Origin: Gammaproteobacteria bacterium
GTDB lineage: Bacteria; Pseudomonadota; Gammaproteobacteria; Eutrophobiales; Eutrophobiaceae
Direction of reading: 5' to 3'
Assembly: GCA_965215365.1 (NCBI GenBank)
Contig: CBDCDS010000003.1
Span: forward strand, 2,080,001 to 2,144,000
Length of the DNA: 64,000 nt
The notes beneath the pieces were generated by a model that was given only the letters and a program-made list of their open reading frames with translations, did no database searches and was not told the origin of the DNA. This document shows, piece by piece, positions 42,819 through 53,510 of this stretch; positions within the stretch are counted from its first letter, which is position 1; the number at the start of each line of letters is the position of its first letter. A program made the position numbers and the translations under genes.

Positions 42819-43373
42819 ATGCAGACGAAGGAAACTCTTGCGGGTCTCTTTATACTTGCTGTGGCCGGTCTGTCGTTGTGGCTGTGGCTCACTCCGTCCG
42901 GTTTGAAATGGGCGCCGGAGGTGACTTTTACCACCTTGCAGGGCGAGCGGCTCGCCATGGACGACTTGCGCGGGCGGCCGCTGCTGGTGACATTCTGGGC
43001 AACTACCTGCCCGGGATGCCTGAAGGAAATGCCACACCTGGTGGAATTGTATGAGGAATTCGGCCACAGCCGGTTTCAGCTGATCGGCGTTGCCATGTCT
43101 TACGACCCGCCCAACCGGGTGCTGGAATTGGCTAGCGAACGGCAACTGCCCTACCCTGTCAGCCTGGACCTGGACGGCGCCCTAGCTGCCGCCTTTGGTG
43201 ACGTGATGCTGACGCCAACATCATTTCTGATTGACCCGGAAGGCCGGATCGTCAGGCATAGCATCGGCGCGATGGATATGAGCGAACTGAGACAGGACCT
43301 TGAAAACCTGCTGTATAGGCAGGTTGCCGGGGATGAGCACAGGCCTGAGGTGGGCGCTAAGGAGCCGGCGTGA
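42819..43373 (+). CDS. TlpA-family membrane-anchored thioredoxin
   Basis: N-terminal TM, FWATTCPGCLKEMP, TPTSFLID. Confidence 0.9.
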   Translation: MQTKETLAGLFILAVAGLSLWLWLTPSGLKWAPEVTFTTLQGERLAMDDLRGRPLLVTFWATTCPGCLKEMPHLVELYEEFGHSRFQLIGVAMSYDPPNRVLELASERQLPYPVSLDLDGALAAAFGDVMLTPTSFLIDPEGRIVRHSIGAMDMSELRQDLENLLYRQVAGDEHRPEVGAKEPA

Positions 43374-43392
43374 ACCAATCCGGCGGATCATC

Positions 43393-43818
43393 ATGCTGCT
43401 ACTGAAGTCTCTGCACCTGATCTTCATGGTCACCTGGTTTGCCGGCCTGTTCTACCTGCCCAGGTTGTTTGTTTACCATGCCCGGAGTGATGATGCCATC
43501 AGCATCGACCGGTTCAAGATCATGGAACGCAAACTCTATTTCGGCATTATGACGCCGGGTGCGGTATTAACCCTGATCTGTGGCTGCTGGTTGGCCCTGG
43601 CCAACGGCTGGGACGGCTACGCAGCTCAGACCTGGTTTCAGGTGAAACTGGCGCTGCTGCTGCTGCTGCTCTGTTATCACCTGCACTGCGGCAAATTGTT
43701 GCAGGATTTCAAACACGATCGCAACCGCCACAGCCATGTGTGGTACCGCTGGTATAACGAAATACCGGTGCTGTTCCTGGTTGCCATCATCCTGCTGGCG
43801 GTATATAAACCGCTCTGA
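43393..43818 (+). CDS. hemJ: Protoporphyrinogen oxidase HemJ
   Basis: KSLHLIFMVTWFAGLFYLPRLFVYH, MERKL, R..NE.P. Confidence 0.94.
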   Translation: MLLLKSLHLIFMVTWFAGLFYLPRLFVYHARSDDAISIDRFKIMERKLYFGIMTPGAVLTLICGCWLALANGWDGYAAQTWFQVKLALLLLLLCYHLHCGKLLQDFKHDRNRHSHVWYRWYNEIPVLFLVAIILLAVYKPL

Positions 43819-43824
43819 CGCCTG

Positions 43825-44592
43825 ATGCCGGCAAAACCTGTGGTGCTGGCCTTATCCGGCCATGATCCGTCCGGCGCGGCCGGGGTACAGGCGGATATTG
43901 AGACCCTGGCGCGCGGCGGCTGCCATTGCGTTTCGGTCATTACCTCACTGACGGCGCAGAATACCGCACAATTCAGACATATCACGCCGCAACCGCCGGC
44001 CCTGTTCAGGGAACAACTGGACTTGCTGACGCAGGACCTCAGCGTGGATGCCTGCAAGATCGGTCTCATCGGCAGTGTTGAACTGGTCGAAGTGATTGCG
44101 GACTATCTTGCCCGCACGAACTTCCCGGTCGTCCTCGACCCGATCCTGGCCAGCGGCACCGGCGCCGGATTGGCCTCTGCGGCTCTGAGAGCGGCACTGA
44201 CTGAGCAACTTTTTCCCCATGCCACTATTGTCACGCCCAACCTTGCAGAGGCACTGACTTTGACAGGAGGCAACGAGCTGAACAGTGCCCTGTACACCCT
44301 GCTCGAGCGCGGCTGCGACACCGCACTGGTGACAACCTCAGACGACGAGGGCGGGCGCCTGACAAATACCTGGATGGATGAAACCCGGGCGCTACACAAG
44401 TACCATTGGGACAAGCTGCCGGGCACTTATCACGGCTCCGGCTGCACCCTCTCTGCCGGTATTGCCGGGTGGCTGGCACAGGGCACCCCACTGCGCACCG
44501 CCGTAGCACAAGCACAGGAATATACCTGGCAGACCTTGCATCACGCGCGCCGGCACGGCACCGCGCAACTGCATCCCGAACGTTTTTTCTGA
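43825..44592 (+). CDS. thiD: Hydroxymethylpyrimidine/phosphomethylpyrimidine kinase
   Basis: G.DPSG.AG.QAD, T..TAQN, VLDP, TPN..EA, HGSGC. Confidence 0.88.
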   Translation: MPAKPVVLALSGHDPSGAAGVQADIETLARGGCHCVSVITSLTAQNTAQFRHITPQPPALFREQLDLLTQDLSVDACKIGLIGSVELVEVIADYLARTNFPVVLDPILASGTGAGLASAALRAALTEQLFPHATIVTPNLAEALTLTGGNELNSALYTLLERGCDTALVTTSDDEGGRLTNTWMDETRALHKYHWDKLPGTYHGSGCTLSAGIAGWLAQGTPLRTAVAQAQEYTWQTLHHARRHGTAQLHPERFF

Positions 44593-44620
44593 TGTGGCGC
44601 CAATCTCAGGCCCGTTGTCT

Positions 44621-45241
44621 ATGAAGGGGTTGTATGTCATAACGGACTGTACCCGCTGGCCCACCGACCCGCTGCTGTCCATAACGGAACAAATCCTGCG
44701 CGCCGGCATTACCGCACTGCAATACCGGGACAAGTCAGCCGACCCCGTGAAAAGAACACGGGAGGCCCTGGCGCTGCATACACTTTGCCGGGACTACGGT
44801 TGCCTGTTTATCATCAATGATGATGTGCAACTGGTCCGGTCAACAGACAGCGACGGCGTGCATCTGGGCCAGGAGGATTGCAGTTGCAAGGCCGCCAGGG
44901 AGGCGCTGGGCGCGGGGGCAATCATCGGTGTTTCCTGTTACAACAGTCTGGTACGGGCGCGGGCGGCAGCGCGGCAAGGCGCGGACTATATCGCGTTCGG
45001 CTCGTTTTATCCAACCTCATCGAAGCACAATACCGCGCGCGCCGAAACTGGTATCATAGGGCAAGCCAAAGCGGGCCTGTCGCTACCAGTAGCGGCCATC
45101 GGTGGGATCACCCCAGCAAATTGCACCCCCCTGCTCGAGCACGGGGCCGATCTGCTGGCAGTCATCAGCAGCGTTTATCAGGCCGAAGACCCGTACTCGA
45201 CAGTAAAGCAATTCAATCAAATCATCGGCGCCTACAAATGA
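44621..45241 (+). CDS. thiE: Thiamine phosphate synthase
   Basis: [26 protein letters not shown]. Confidence 0.93.
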   Translation: MKGLYVITDCTRWPTDPLLSITEQILRAGITALQYRDKSADPVKRTREALALHTLCRDYGCLFIINDDVQLVRSTDSDGVHLGQEDCSCKAAREALGAGAIIGVSCYNSLVRARAAARQGADYIAFGSFYPTSSKHNTARAETGIIGQAKAGLSLPVAAIGGITPANCTPLLEHGADLLAVISSVYQAEDPYSTVKQFNQIIGAYK

Positions 45242-46512
45242 AGACTAACCATTTTGCACAAGCAAGGCAGTATATCGCCGGCGGCGTGAACTCACCGGTA
45301 CGGGCGTTCAAGGCGGTAGGTGGTGAGCCGGTATTCTTTGAACGCGGTGCCGGCGCGTACCTGTATGACACTGCCGGGCGCGCCTATATCGACTATGTGG
45401 GTTCCTGGGGGGCGCTGATTCTGGGTCATGCCCAGCCGGCGGTGCTTGCGCGCGTGCGTACAGTGATGGAACAGGGGCTGAGTTTCGGCGCGCCCACCCC
45501 GATAGAAACAGCCCTGGCTAAAAAAATCTGCTCACTCATGCCTGCTATCGAACGAGTGCGTATGGTCAATTCCGGCACGGAAGCGGCCATGAGCGCCATT
45601 CGCCTGGCGCGCGGCTACACCGGCAGAGAGCGGATCGTGAAGTTTGAAGGCTGTTATCACGGCCATGCCGATGCCTTGCTGGTCAAGGCCGGTTCCGGGG
45701 CGCTGACCCTGGGGATCCCTACCTCACCGGGGGTTCCCGCGACCACGGCGCAACACACTATTACCCTGACCTTCAACGACTGTGACCAACTGGCGCAGGT
45801 GTTTGCCGCTGCCGGCGCCGAAATTGCCGCAGTCATCGTCGAACCGGTAGCCGGCAACATGAACTGTATCCCGGGTTCGCAACGTTTCTTAGATACCTTG
45901 CGAGAACACTGTGATCGTTATGGCAGTGTCCTGATCTTCGATGAAGTCATGACCGGCTTGCGCGTAGCTCTGGGCGGTGCCCAGGCCCGATACGGCATCA
46001 CCCCCGACCTGACCCTGCTCGGCAAAGTCATCGGCGGCGGCCTGCCAGTCGGCGCCTTCGGTGGCCGCCGGGAGATCATGGATTGCCTAGCGCCAGAGGG
46101 CGCCGTCTATCAGGCCGGCACCTTGTCAGGAAACCCCGTGGCCATGGCTGCGGGACTGGCGACGCTGGAACAGGTGGCAGAACCCGGTTTCTTCACCGAC
46201 TTGTCAGACCAGCTGAAGACCCTGCTTAGCGGGCTGAAACAGGCGGCGACAGCCAACGGCGTGCCCCTGACTACCAATCAGGCCGGCGCCATGTTCGGTC
46301 TGTTTTTTACCGATGCCGCGCAGGTTACTTCATACCAACAGGCCACCGCGTGCAACCAGGATGCCTTCAAGCGTTTTTTTCACGGGATGCTGAAACGCGG
46401 AGTCTATCTGGCGCCTTCAAGCTACGAAGCCGGCTTCATCTCCAGCGCGCATGGCGCTGATGAAATAGACGAGACCCTAAAAGCGGCCGACACTGTCTTC
46501 AAGGAGATGTGA
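45238..46512 (+). CDS. hemL: Glutamate-1-semialdehyde 2,1-aminomutase
   Basis: [55 protein letters not shown]; ATGA overlap with thiE. Confidence 0.97.
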   Translation: MKTNHFAQARQYIAGGVNSPVRAFKAVGGEPVFFERGAGAYLYDTAGRAYIDYVGSWGALILGHAQPAVLARVRTVMEQGLSFGAPTPIETALAKKICSLMPAIERVRMVNSGTEAAMSAIRLARGYTGRERIVKFEGCYHGHADALLVKAGSGALTLGIPTSPGVPATTAQHTITLTFNDCDQLAQVFAAAGAEIAAVIVEPVAGNMNCIPGSQRFLDTLREHCDRYGSVLIFDEVMTGLRVALGGAQARYGITPDLTLLGKVIGGGLPVGAFGGRREIMDCLAPEGAVYQAGTLSGNPVAMAAGLATLEQVAEPGFFTDLSDQLKTLLSGLKQAATANGVPLTTNQAGAMFGLFFTDAAQVTSYQQATACNQDAFKRFFHGMLKRGVYLAPSSYEAGFISSAHGADEIDETLKAADTVFKEM

Positions 46513-46553
46513 CAGCAGGTAACATCTTTTTCTGCCGGAGGCCTGACAGGAAA

Positions 46554-46783
46554 CTAATTGCCTGATGCAGCCTTAAGAATATCAAGCACTTCCATGTACA
46601 TTTGAAAGTTAATTCCAAGGAGAGCTATCAGTAGCACCATGTTCAACCCCGTCATCCATTTAAGCATCCTGATTTCTGTTTCTATTTTGCCCATGCGGGA
46701 ATCCATATCTGCCACGGATTGGGCGCAGCGCGTGCGCTTTTTGGGCCTGCTCCTGCTGTCGAACAAGCGGCCTATCTCATCAT
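46554..46783 (-). pseudogene. Probable degraded small coiled-coil plus TM protein (DUF1640/CCDC90-like)
   Basis: C-terminal part DSRMGKIETEIRMLKWM.G.N + TM; a shifted frame upstream reads MMR*AACSTAGAGPKSARAA, implying a stop and a 1-nt frameshift near 46724. Confidence 0.5.
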
Positions 46784-46859
46784 GGGCCAATATCTCGTTA
46801 AAGAAAATTTCCTTTGCTATTGTAAACTCAACCTAGGCACAACTTCCGAACTGAAACAG

Positions 46860-46901
46860 GTTTCACAAGGTAACAAGCGACTTGGTGAAACCTGCGGGTT
46901 A
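46860..46901 (+). mobile_element. MITE family A right-end fragment
   Basis: GTTTCACAAGGTAACAAGCGACTTGGTGAAACCTGCGGGTTA matches 40951-40992 and 55074-55115. Confidence 0.82.
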
Positions 46902-46929
46902 GAGCAACGTTCAACTTCAGGAGAAAACC

Positions 46930-47349
46930 ATGTCTGCATTTGCTAACGCCACCCGTTTTTTTCATGCCTGTGAGGGGCTGGAAGGCTGGAATGGCTGCAA
47001 ACAATACGTCGCGCCCGGTGCCGGTTTTGTCGCGCAGAGTGACGCTCTGGCTGACATAGATACGGTGCAAGGGTACAGCGAGTGGATGGCCGGTCTCGGC
47101 GCCAATCTGATGCCTGACTGCGGCTACGAGCTGCACGCGTCGGCTTATGATGAAGCGACGCGCACGGCGCTGTTTTTCGCAACCTTCAAGGGCACGCATA
47201 CCGGCGAGGGCGGCCCGGTGCCGCCGACGCACAAGCACACCCACTCACACTACGTCTATGCGTTGACCATGGATGATAATGACTTGGTGTCCGGCATGGT
47301 GAAAATATGGAACTCGGCGTGGGCATTAGCTGAGTTGGGCTGGGACTGA
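46930..47349 (+). CDS. SnoaL/NTF2-like (ester cyclase-family) protein
   Basis: 139 aa, GTHTGEGGPVPPT motif, KIWN near the C-terminus; AGGAG RBS. Confidence 0.78.
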   Translation: MSAFANATRFFHACEGLEGWNGCKQYVAPGAGFVAQSDALADIDTVQGYSEWMAGLGANLMPDCGYELHASAYDEATRTALFFATFKGTHTGEGGPVPPTHKHTHSHYVYALTMDDNDLVSGMVKIWNSAWALAELGWD

Positions 47350-47361
47350 GGCCGGGTTCAG

Positions 47362-48570
47362 CTAGCGCGCACGCGGCGCGCCGGTAGTGCCGTAACCGGC
47401 GAGTTCCACATAGCCGCGTCCGTCTATGGCGGCGGCGCCGAAGGCGCCATTGAATTCCACCGCGCCTTCCCAGTAGCGGAACGACAGGTCCAGTTCCTGC
47501 GCGGCCAGCGCTGGCCGGATGTTCAGGTCGAGTTTGTATTTTGGCACGCGCAGGCGCCAGGCGGCGGGATACACCACTTTGCTCTCGAGACTCTGCCAGG
47601 TATCCAGTATCTCCAGTTCGACCTCATCGAATTCTAACGTGTCCACGCGCCCGTCCGGGAACACGACGGCACCGTAGCTGAAGCGGTCTCGCACACCATC
47701 CATGCGGCGGAAACGGTAGTACATCACTTCATGGTCATTGGCCAGTTGCAGCGCAAACCAGTCCCAGCCAAGCTGCTCCTTGCCCAGGGCGCTGCTGCTC
47801 CACTCCCGGTCCATCCAACTGTTGCCGCGCACCGTGTAGGTCTGGTCGGCGACGCTGATATAGCCCTCAGTGGGCATACGAGTATAAGAGTAGTAATAGG
47901 ACGCATTGCCCGGTTCGGCATTCTTTACGCTAAGGCCGTTATCACCATGAAGCACGACACCTTTGCCTTGCTCCAGGCTGAGGTCCAGACTGATTCCACC
48001 AGCGCTGGCGCGCAGGCGCAGGGGGAAGGTCTGCGCTGAGGTCGCGGCGACAGACCAGTCGTCCAGCCAGACCTGCAGCTCGCCGGTGCGCGCGCCGGCG
48101 AGACCCGCAGCGCCGCGGCTGAAGCGCTCAACGGCATGAAACTGCTGCGAGTCAATATCGGTCAGGGCGAGGTGGGCCATGTATAACTGTTCAGTACGCC
48201 AGTACGAGCGGCCGCCGCGAGGCTTGAGGGTCGGGCGAAACCGAAAAAATGTGAGTTGGTAGCCAAAACGACGCTCCTTGCCATTATCAACATTGCCAGT
48301 GAAATACCACCACTCGGTGCGGTATTCATTATGGGGGCCATGGTCGGCGGGAAATCGGAACTGCCTAGGTTGCTCCGCCTGCGCAAATGAACGGGTGGGG
48401 TCGCCGCGCAAGACCTCGGTGACAGCGATTGGTTGCGCGCTTCTGTCCGTGCTTTGTCCCGGGCTGTTTTGGGAGTTCCTGTCAGCGCAGCCGGGCGCCG
48501 CCAACGCTGCCAGGATGAGCAAGGCGCTGCTATGGCAGGCATGTTTAGAGGGAGCCGGCAGGCAAACCAT
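47362..48570 (-). CDS. AttH-like lipocalin-domain (CrtC-like) lipoprotein
   Basis: FPADHGPH..YRTEWWYFTG, ASYYYS, WMDREWSS, GWDWF, YWEG, GYVEL.GY. Confidence 0.88.
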   Translation of the reverse strand: MVCLPAPSKHACHSSALLILAALAAPGCADRNSQNSPGQSTDRSAQPIAVTEVLRGDPTRSFAQAEQPRQFRFPADHGPHNEYRTEWWYFTGNVDNGKERRFGYQLTFFRFRPTLKPRGGRSYWRTEQLYMAHLALTDIDSQQFHAVERFSRGAAGLAGARTGELQVWLDDWSVAATSAQTFPLRLRASAGGISLDLSLEQGKGVVLHGDNGLSVKNAEPGNASYYYSYTRMPTEGYISVADQTYTVRGNSWMDREWSSSALGKEQLGWDWFALQLANDHEVMYYRFRRMDGVRDRFSYGAVVFPDGRVDTLEFDEVELEILDTWQSLESKVVYPAAWRLRVPKYKLDLNIRPALAAQELDLSFRYWEGAVEFNGAFGAAAIDGRGYVELAGYGTTGAPRAR

Positions 48571-48573
48571 AGG

Positions 48574-51165
48574 CTACTCCCTGCTCAGGGCCTCGGCAGG
48601 TTGGGCGCGCGCAATCTTCCAGGCCGGGTAAATGCCGGCAAGGAGGGCGGCGGCAAGACCGAGACTCAAGCCCTGTAACACGACCTCTGCGCTGAACTGC
48701 AATTCCATACTCCAGCCAAACGAACGCCGGTTGATGACCAGGATCAGCAAGGCTGTGATGAGGCAGCCTACCGGCATTGCAATGAGACCGGCAACCAGAC
48801 CCAGCAGGCCGGTTTCCGACATAATCAGGCTACGTATCTGGCCGGGCAGGAAACCCAGGGCCCGCAACAGGGCGTGTTCCCGGCTACGTTCCAGTTGTAA
48901 TGCCAGCAGCGCGCTGAACACGCCGATGAAGGCGATGATCGCGGCCAGCGCCCGCAGGATGTCGGTGACAACGAAAGTATTGTCAAACACCGCCAGCGCT
49001 TCCTGCAGAATCCTGTTCCGGTCCTGCAGCCACAAGTCATGTTGCGGCGCCAGTTGTTGTACTTGCCGGCGTAAGGTTTCCAGGTCTGTTCCCGGATGAG
49101 TGTAGATGCCAAAGCCCGAATAGCGGTTATCACGCCAGTGCCGTTGATAAGTACGCCGGCTCAGGCTGACGACGCCCTGCTCAGAACCATAGTCCTGGTA
49201 CACACCGAGGACGCGGAACGGTCGGTAGCCATGATCGGTGCGCAGCTCCAGTATATCGCCCGGTTGCACCTGATAGCGCCAGGCATAGGGTTCGGACACT
49301 ATGACCGCATCTTCCTGCTGAAACAGCGACCAGATCCGGTCGGCGTCACCCTGTTTGAAATGAAACCCTGCCCAGGACACTTCATTGAGTCCGTAGGCGG
49401 CGAGCTCCGTATGTCCGTGCGCCGCTTCAATATTCACGCGGCGCACGCTGCTGAGGGCTCGCACCTCGGGCAATGCCAGGATAGCTGCTTTCAAGGCGGC
49501 ATTCAGGGCGTGGCCCGAAGCCGTCGTGGCCGGCGCCGGGAGCGACACGTACAGATCCGCCCGTAGCGTCTGTTGCAACCAGCGTTCCACCGATAGGCGA
49601 AAGTTATTGACCATCAGGCCAATACCGATGACGGTGGCAATAGCGATCATCAACGCCGCAAGGGTCGCCGCAGTGCGGCTCAGGGAGGCCGTTAGCGACT
49701 GGCAGGCGTAGCGACCGGAAATGCCGAAAACCTGACCGAGCAAGGGCCTGATAGCCGCCATCAGTGTCACGGTTGCCAAAGGTATGAACAAGGCCAGGGC
49801 CAGAATAATGATGAAAATGCCGAGAAACCCCAGCCCGATACTGCTACCGGACAGCCGGATAACCGCAACGCCCACTGCCAGCGCCACGCCGCCGACAAGG
49901 GCGGCCGGAAGCGCCAGACGCCGTGACGAGGTTTCCAGGTGGGAACGTAACAATGCCTGTCCGGGCGCGACCCTGGTCGCCTCCAGCAGCGCCGGGACAG
50001 TTGCCAGCAAGGCGCCCGCCATACCCAGCAACGCGGCTTTGAGCAACGAGTAATGCGACCAGGCCAGGTTGGCATCCGTAAACAGGTCATACACCTCGTG
50101 TATAGTGCGGTTGACGATCTGTAACAGACCCTGGGCCAGCGCCACGCCGAACACCAGACCGGCTGCGGTGGCTGTCAGACCTATGAGCAATGCTTCCAGC
50201 GCGATGAGCCCCGCCAGCTGTCGGCGCGTTGCCCCCAGTGCTCGCAGCCGACCCAGCAATAGACGCCGCTGCAGCACCATGAAGGTCATGGTGTTGTAGA
50301 TGAGGAACATGCCCACCAGCAGGGCCAGCAGGCTCAGCGCCGTCAGATTGGTGTGAAATGCCGTGGTCAGCTGCTTGAGCGAACGGGTTCTCGTCTCTGC
50401 CGCAAGTAAGGCTGCATCAGGCGGCAGCAACGCTTGCAGCCTGGACTGCGCGCCATCATCTCCATCTGCCAGAACGACATCGATCCGGCTAAGCCGCCCC
50501 GGCATTCCAAGCACTTCCTGAGCTGTGGCAAGATCTGCCAGCAGCAAGTTGCCCGGGAGCGGGGAGGTACCGGGGGAAGCACCCGCTGCAGTCCGCGTAA
50601 GTATCCCTGCCACGCGCACGGGGGTACGCCGGCCGCCGGTTACAAGGTGCGCGTTATCATTTGGCTCAAGTCCCAGCCGGTTTGCCGTGGCGCCATCTAG
50701 GAGCACCGTATTGCGCTCCGTCAACAAACGGCTCAGCACGCCCGCTCCGGCGGCCTGCTGCAGATTGTCAAACCAGGCGTAGGAGCGAAAAGTCCTCTCC
50801 GCAAAGGGATCGAGGCCAAGCAGCGCCACGACTTCCCGTTGTGCGTTTTTTTCCAGGGTCACCCGAGCCTCGATAACGGGCGCAAGCGCGCGCCGGCCAT
50901 GCTCAACGCGCAAACGCGTGTACAACCTGTCATCAAGACCGTCGGGGCCGCCGACAATACGATGGGTAGCCTTGCCGGCGACAGTTTCGGTGGCGCGCGC
51001 AAAGGCTTGTCTGGCGCTGTTATTAACCAGGTCCACAGCGACTACCACGGCCACAGCCAGGGCAATGCCGGTAATAGCCAGACCCGCTTGCCACGGGTGG
51101 CGCAGGAAAAAGCGCCGACTGGAGCGGAGCAGGAGGCGCCGTTTCAACCTGATTCCAGGCGGCAA
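48574..51165 (-). CDS. FtsX/MacB-like ABC permease (fused AttF/G type)
   Basis: Duplicated TM plus periplasmic architecture; two LRALG motifs. Confidence 0.9.
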   Translation of the reverse strand: MPPGIRLKRRLLLRSSRRFFLRHPWQAGLAITGIALAVAVVVAVDLVNNSARQAFARATETVAGKATHRIVGGPDGLDDRLYTRLRVEHGRRALAPVIEARVTLEKNAQREVVALLGLDPFAERTFRSYAWFDNLQQAAGAGVLSRLLTERNTVLLDGATANRLGLEPNDNAHLVTGGRRTPVRVAGILTRTAAGASPGTSPLPGNLLLADLATAQEVLGMPGRLSRIDVVLADGDDGAQSRLQALLPPDAALLAAETRTRSLKQLTTAFHTNLTALSLLALLVGMFLIYNTMTFMVLQRRLLLGRLRALGATRRQLAGLIALEALLIGLTATAAGLVFGVALAQGLLQIVNRTIHEVYDLFTDANLAWSHYSLLKAALLGMAGALLATVPALLEATRVAPGQALLRSHLETSSRRLALPAALVGGVALAVGVAVIRLSGSSIGLGFLGIFIIILALALFIPLATVTLMAAIRPLLGQVFGISGRYACQSLTASLSRTAATLAALMIAIATVIGIGLMVNNFRLSVERWLQQTLRADLYVSLPAPATTASGHALNAALKAAILALPEVRALSSVRRVNIEAAHGHTELAAYGLNEVSWAGFHFKQGDADRIWSLFQQEDAVIVSEPYAWRYQVQPGDILELRTDHGYRPFRVLGVYQDYGSEQGVVSLSRRTYQRHWRDNRYSGFGIYTHPGTDLETLRRQVQQLAPQHDLWLQDRNRILQEALAVFDNTFVVTDILRALAAIIAFIGVFSALLALQLERSREHALLRALGFLPGQIRSLIMSETGLLGLVAGLIAMPVGCLITALLILVINRRSFGWSMELQFSAEVVLQGLSLGLAAALLAGIYPAWKIARAQPAEALSRE

Positions 51166-51824
51166 TCCCGTATGGTCAGCAACCGGTCGGCCAGTCCGAT
51201 GACTTCGCGACTGTGGGTCACCATGAACAGGGTTTTGTTGGCCTCACGCACCAGCCGCTCAAGCAGGTTCAGGACTTGCTGCCCGGTGTCGTGGTCGAGG
51301 TTCCCGGTAGGTTCATCAGCCAAGATGATGTCCGGGCTGTGAATCAGCGCCCGGGCGATTGCTATACGTTGCTGCTCGCCGGTGGAGAGCCGGTCGGGGT
51401 ATGTGTCCAAGCGCCGCCCCAGGCCCAGTTGCGCGAGCATAGCTGCTGGTTTTGCCCGCCCATCACCATCAAGCTGAGCGGTCAACTCCAGCGGCAACAA
51501 CAGGTTGTCTCTTACCGTCAGGGTAGGGATCAGATTGAAATTCTGGAAGATAAAACCAATATATCGGCGCCGAAACAGTGTGCGCTCAGTCTCACTCATG
51601 CCGGCCAGTGATTGTCCGCGCACCAGTATGTCACCCCGGTTTGGGGCATCAATACCGCTGATCAGGTTCAACAGAGTGGATTTGCCACAGCCGCTCTTGC
51701 CAAACAACACGACAAATTCCCCTGCGTGCACTACGCCGCTTACATCATCAAGAATGACGTGCTCCTGAGCCGCTTCCCAATAGGATTTGGACAGCTGGCG
51801 AAATTCTATAACAGGCCCGACCAT
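51144..51824 (-). CDS. ABC ATP-binding protein (LolD/AttE-like)
   Basis: [29 protein letters not shown]. Confidence 0.93.
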   Translation of the reverse strand: MVGPVIEFRQLSKSYWEAAQEHVILDDVSGVVHAGEFVVLFGKSGCGKSTLLNLISGIDAPNRGDILVRGQSLAGMSETERTLFRRRYIGFIFQNFNLIPTLTVRDNLLLPLELTAQLDGDGRAKPAAMLAQLGLGRRLDTYPDRLSTGEQQRIAIARALIHSPDIILADEPTGNLDHDTGQQVLNLLERLVREANKTLFMVTHSREVIGLADRLLTIRDCRLESG

Positions 51825-51874
51825 GGAGCGGAATCATAGCAAGTAGAAAAAACCAATACAAAATCAACTCGTTC

Positions 51875-52020
51875 TGGTATGCCAAGCGGCAGTTTCTGAT
51901 CAAACTGGGCATCGATACCTGGCCTGGCACGCTGAATCACGAGAGCCACACCCCAGACCCCTCAGCCTCTGTGCCAGACTGGTGATTGCCGGTGTCGGCG
52001 TGTTGGCGCAGTTCCTGATG
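51875..52020 (+). pseudogene. Relic of a CTP-dependent riboflavin kinase (DUF120-like) gene
   Basis: Intergenic frame reads WYAKRQFLIKLGIDTWPGTLN, resembling the F..KLG..P.PGTLN motif; no start, early stop. Confidence 0.5.
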
Positions 52021-52021
52021 G

Positions 52022-53506
52022 CTACGCTTTAGCGTCGGTCAACTTCCGCATGGGTCGGGCGGCTGCCAGCAATACTATGCCGGCACCGGTTGTAATCGCC
52101 ACGATCTGCAGATACAGACCGGGCATATCGTGCAGCGCTTCGGGGTCGAAGCGTCCTGCCAGCAGGCCTGCGATCAGGTTGCCCAGCGCGGCACCTAAGA
52201 ACCAGATGCCCATCATCTGACTCAGGTAGCGTTTCGGCGCCAGTTTGCTGATGGCGCTCAGGCCCACCGGGCTCAGGCATAATTCTCCGGTAGTATGCAA
52301 CAGGTAAGTCAGTAACAACCAGGTCGGCAGAACACTGTCGCCGCCGGCCACGAGGCGCGCAGCTAAGAATATGACGAAAAATCCCAAGCCAAGCTGAATC
52401 AGGCCCAGCGCGAACTTGACCGGTATGGATGGGTCCAGGTTACGCCGACCCAGGTTCACCCACAGGGCCGCCATAAATGGGGCCAGGATCAGGATAAACA
52501 GGGGGTTGAGGCTCTGGAACCAACCGGCCGGGATGACAAAACCCAGCCATTCCCGCTCTGTATAACGCTGCGCAAACAGGTTCAGAGAAGAACCGGCTTG
52601 CTCGAACCCGGACCAGAAAATGGCTGCGGCAATGACCAGAATAACAATGGCTGCAACACCTCTGCGCTCTTCTCCGGTGAGTCTGCCGTACCTGAAGATA
52701 TAGGCGAAATATAATATCACGATGGCACTGAGCAGGTAGGTGGAGCCCTGCGCCAGAGCTACCGCGTCGAAGCTGAGTGCGCCTCCCACAGCCAGCAACA
52801 GGGTGACGAGCAACAGGCCCAAGCCGATGCCGACGCACAACCAGCCATAACGCGGTGCGCCTTCAATCCCGGCGCCAGAACGTAAATGGGCGGGGTACAA
52901 GCCGGCATCCCGCAGCTGAGAACGGCTGTAACGATACTGGATCAGTCCCAGCAACATACCAATACCGGCTGCGGCAAACCCGTAATGCCAACCGAATCGG
53001 TCACTCTCACCCAGGGCACTGCACACCAGCGGACCCAGCAGCGCGCCCAGGTTAATGCCCATGTAGAAAATGGTATAGCCGGAGTCCTTGCCGGAACCAT
53101 GCTGCGGGTATAATTCACCGACGATGGCGCTGATATTCGGCTTCAGCAGGCCGGTGCCCAAGACCACCAGCACCAGCCCCAGGTAAAAGGCCGGGACGGC
53201 CGGGATAGCCAGGGTAAAATGTCCCAGCATGATGACGATGCCACCATACCAGACCGCCTGCTGGGCGCCGAGCAGCCGGTCTGCGATCCAGCCGCCGGGC
53301 AGCGCCGCCAGATAGACTGCGGCTGTGTAAAGGCCGTAAACAGCCGTCGCAGTCGCATCATCCATGTTCAGACCCCCTTCAGCCATGGTGGCGGTCATAA
53401 ACAGCACCAGCAAGGCGCGCATCCCGTAGTAGCTGAAACGCTCCCACATCTCGGTGAAAAACAGGGTGCGCAGACCGGGCGGATGGGTCGGTTGTGTATT
53501 TATCAT
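52022..53506 (-). CDS. POT/PTR-family proton-dependent oligopeptide transporter
   Basis: FFTEMWERFSYYGMRA, GLLKPNIS, FYMGINLGA, GELCLSPVGLS. Confidence 0.95.
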   Translation of the reverse strand: MINTQPTHPPGLRTLFFTEMWERFSYYGMRALLVLFMTATMAEGGLNMDDATATAVYGLYTAAVYLAALPGGWIADRLLGAQQAVWYGGIVIMLGHFTLAIPAVPAFYLGLVLVVLGTGLLKPNISAIVGELYPQHGSGKDSGYTIFYMGINLGALLGPLVCSALGESDRFGWHYGFAAAGIGMLLGLIQYRYSRSQLRDAGLYPAHLRSGAGIEGAPRYGWLCVGIGLGLLLVTLLLAVGGALSFDAVALAQGSTYLLSAIVILYFAYIFRYGRLTGEERRGVAAIVILVIAAAIFWSGFEQAGSSLNLFAQRYTEREWLGFVIPAGWFQSLNPLFILILAPFMAALWVNLGRRNLDPSIPVKFALGLIQLGLGFFVIFLAARLVAGGDSVLPTWLLLTYLLHTTGELCLSPVGLSAISKLAPKRYLSQMMGIWFLGAALGNLIAGLLAGRFDPEALHDMPGLYLQIVAITTGAGIVLLAAARPMRKLTDAKA

Positions 53507-53510
53507 GAAT

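Noticed and set aside
44878-45237. N-terminal extension of hemL, and similar extensions of nadB, rpoE, rseP, rseA and sco in the ORF track
   Set aside because: They overlap neighbouring genes; family-typical starts lie downstream
47362-51824. AttE/FG/H-like ABC plus lipocalin cluster as a novel system
   Set aside because: A widespread, already recognised gene trio; nothing unusual seen here
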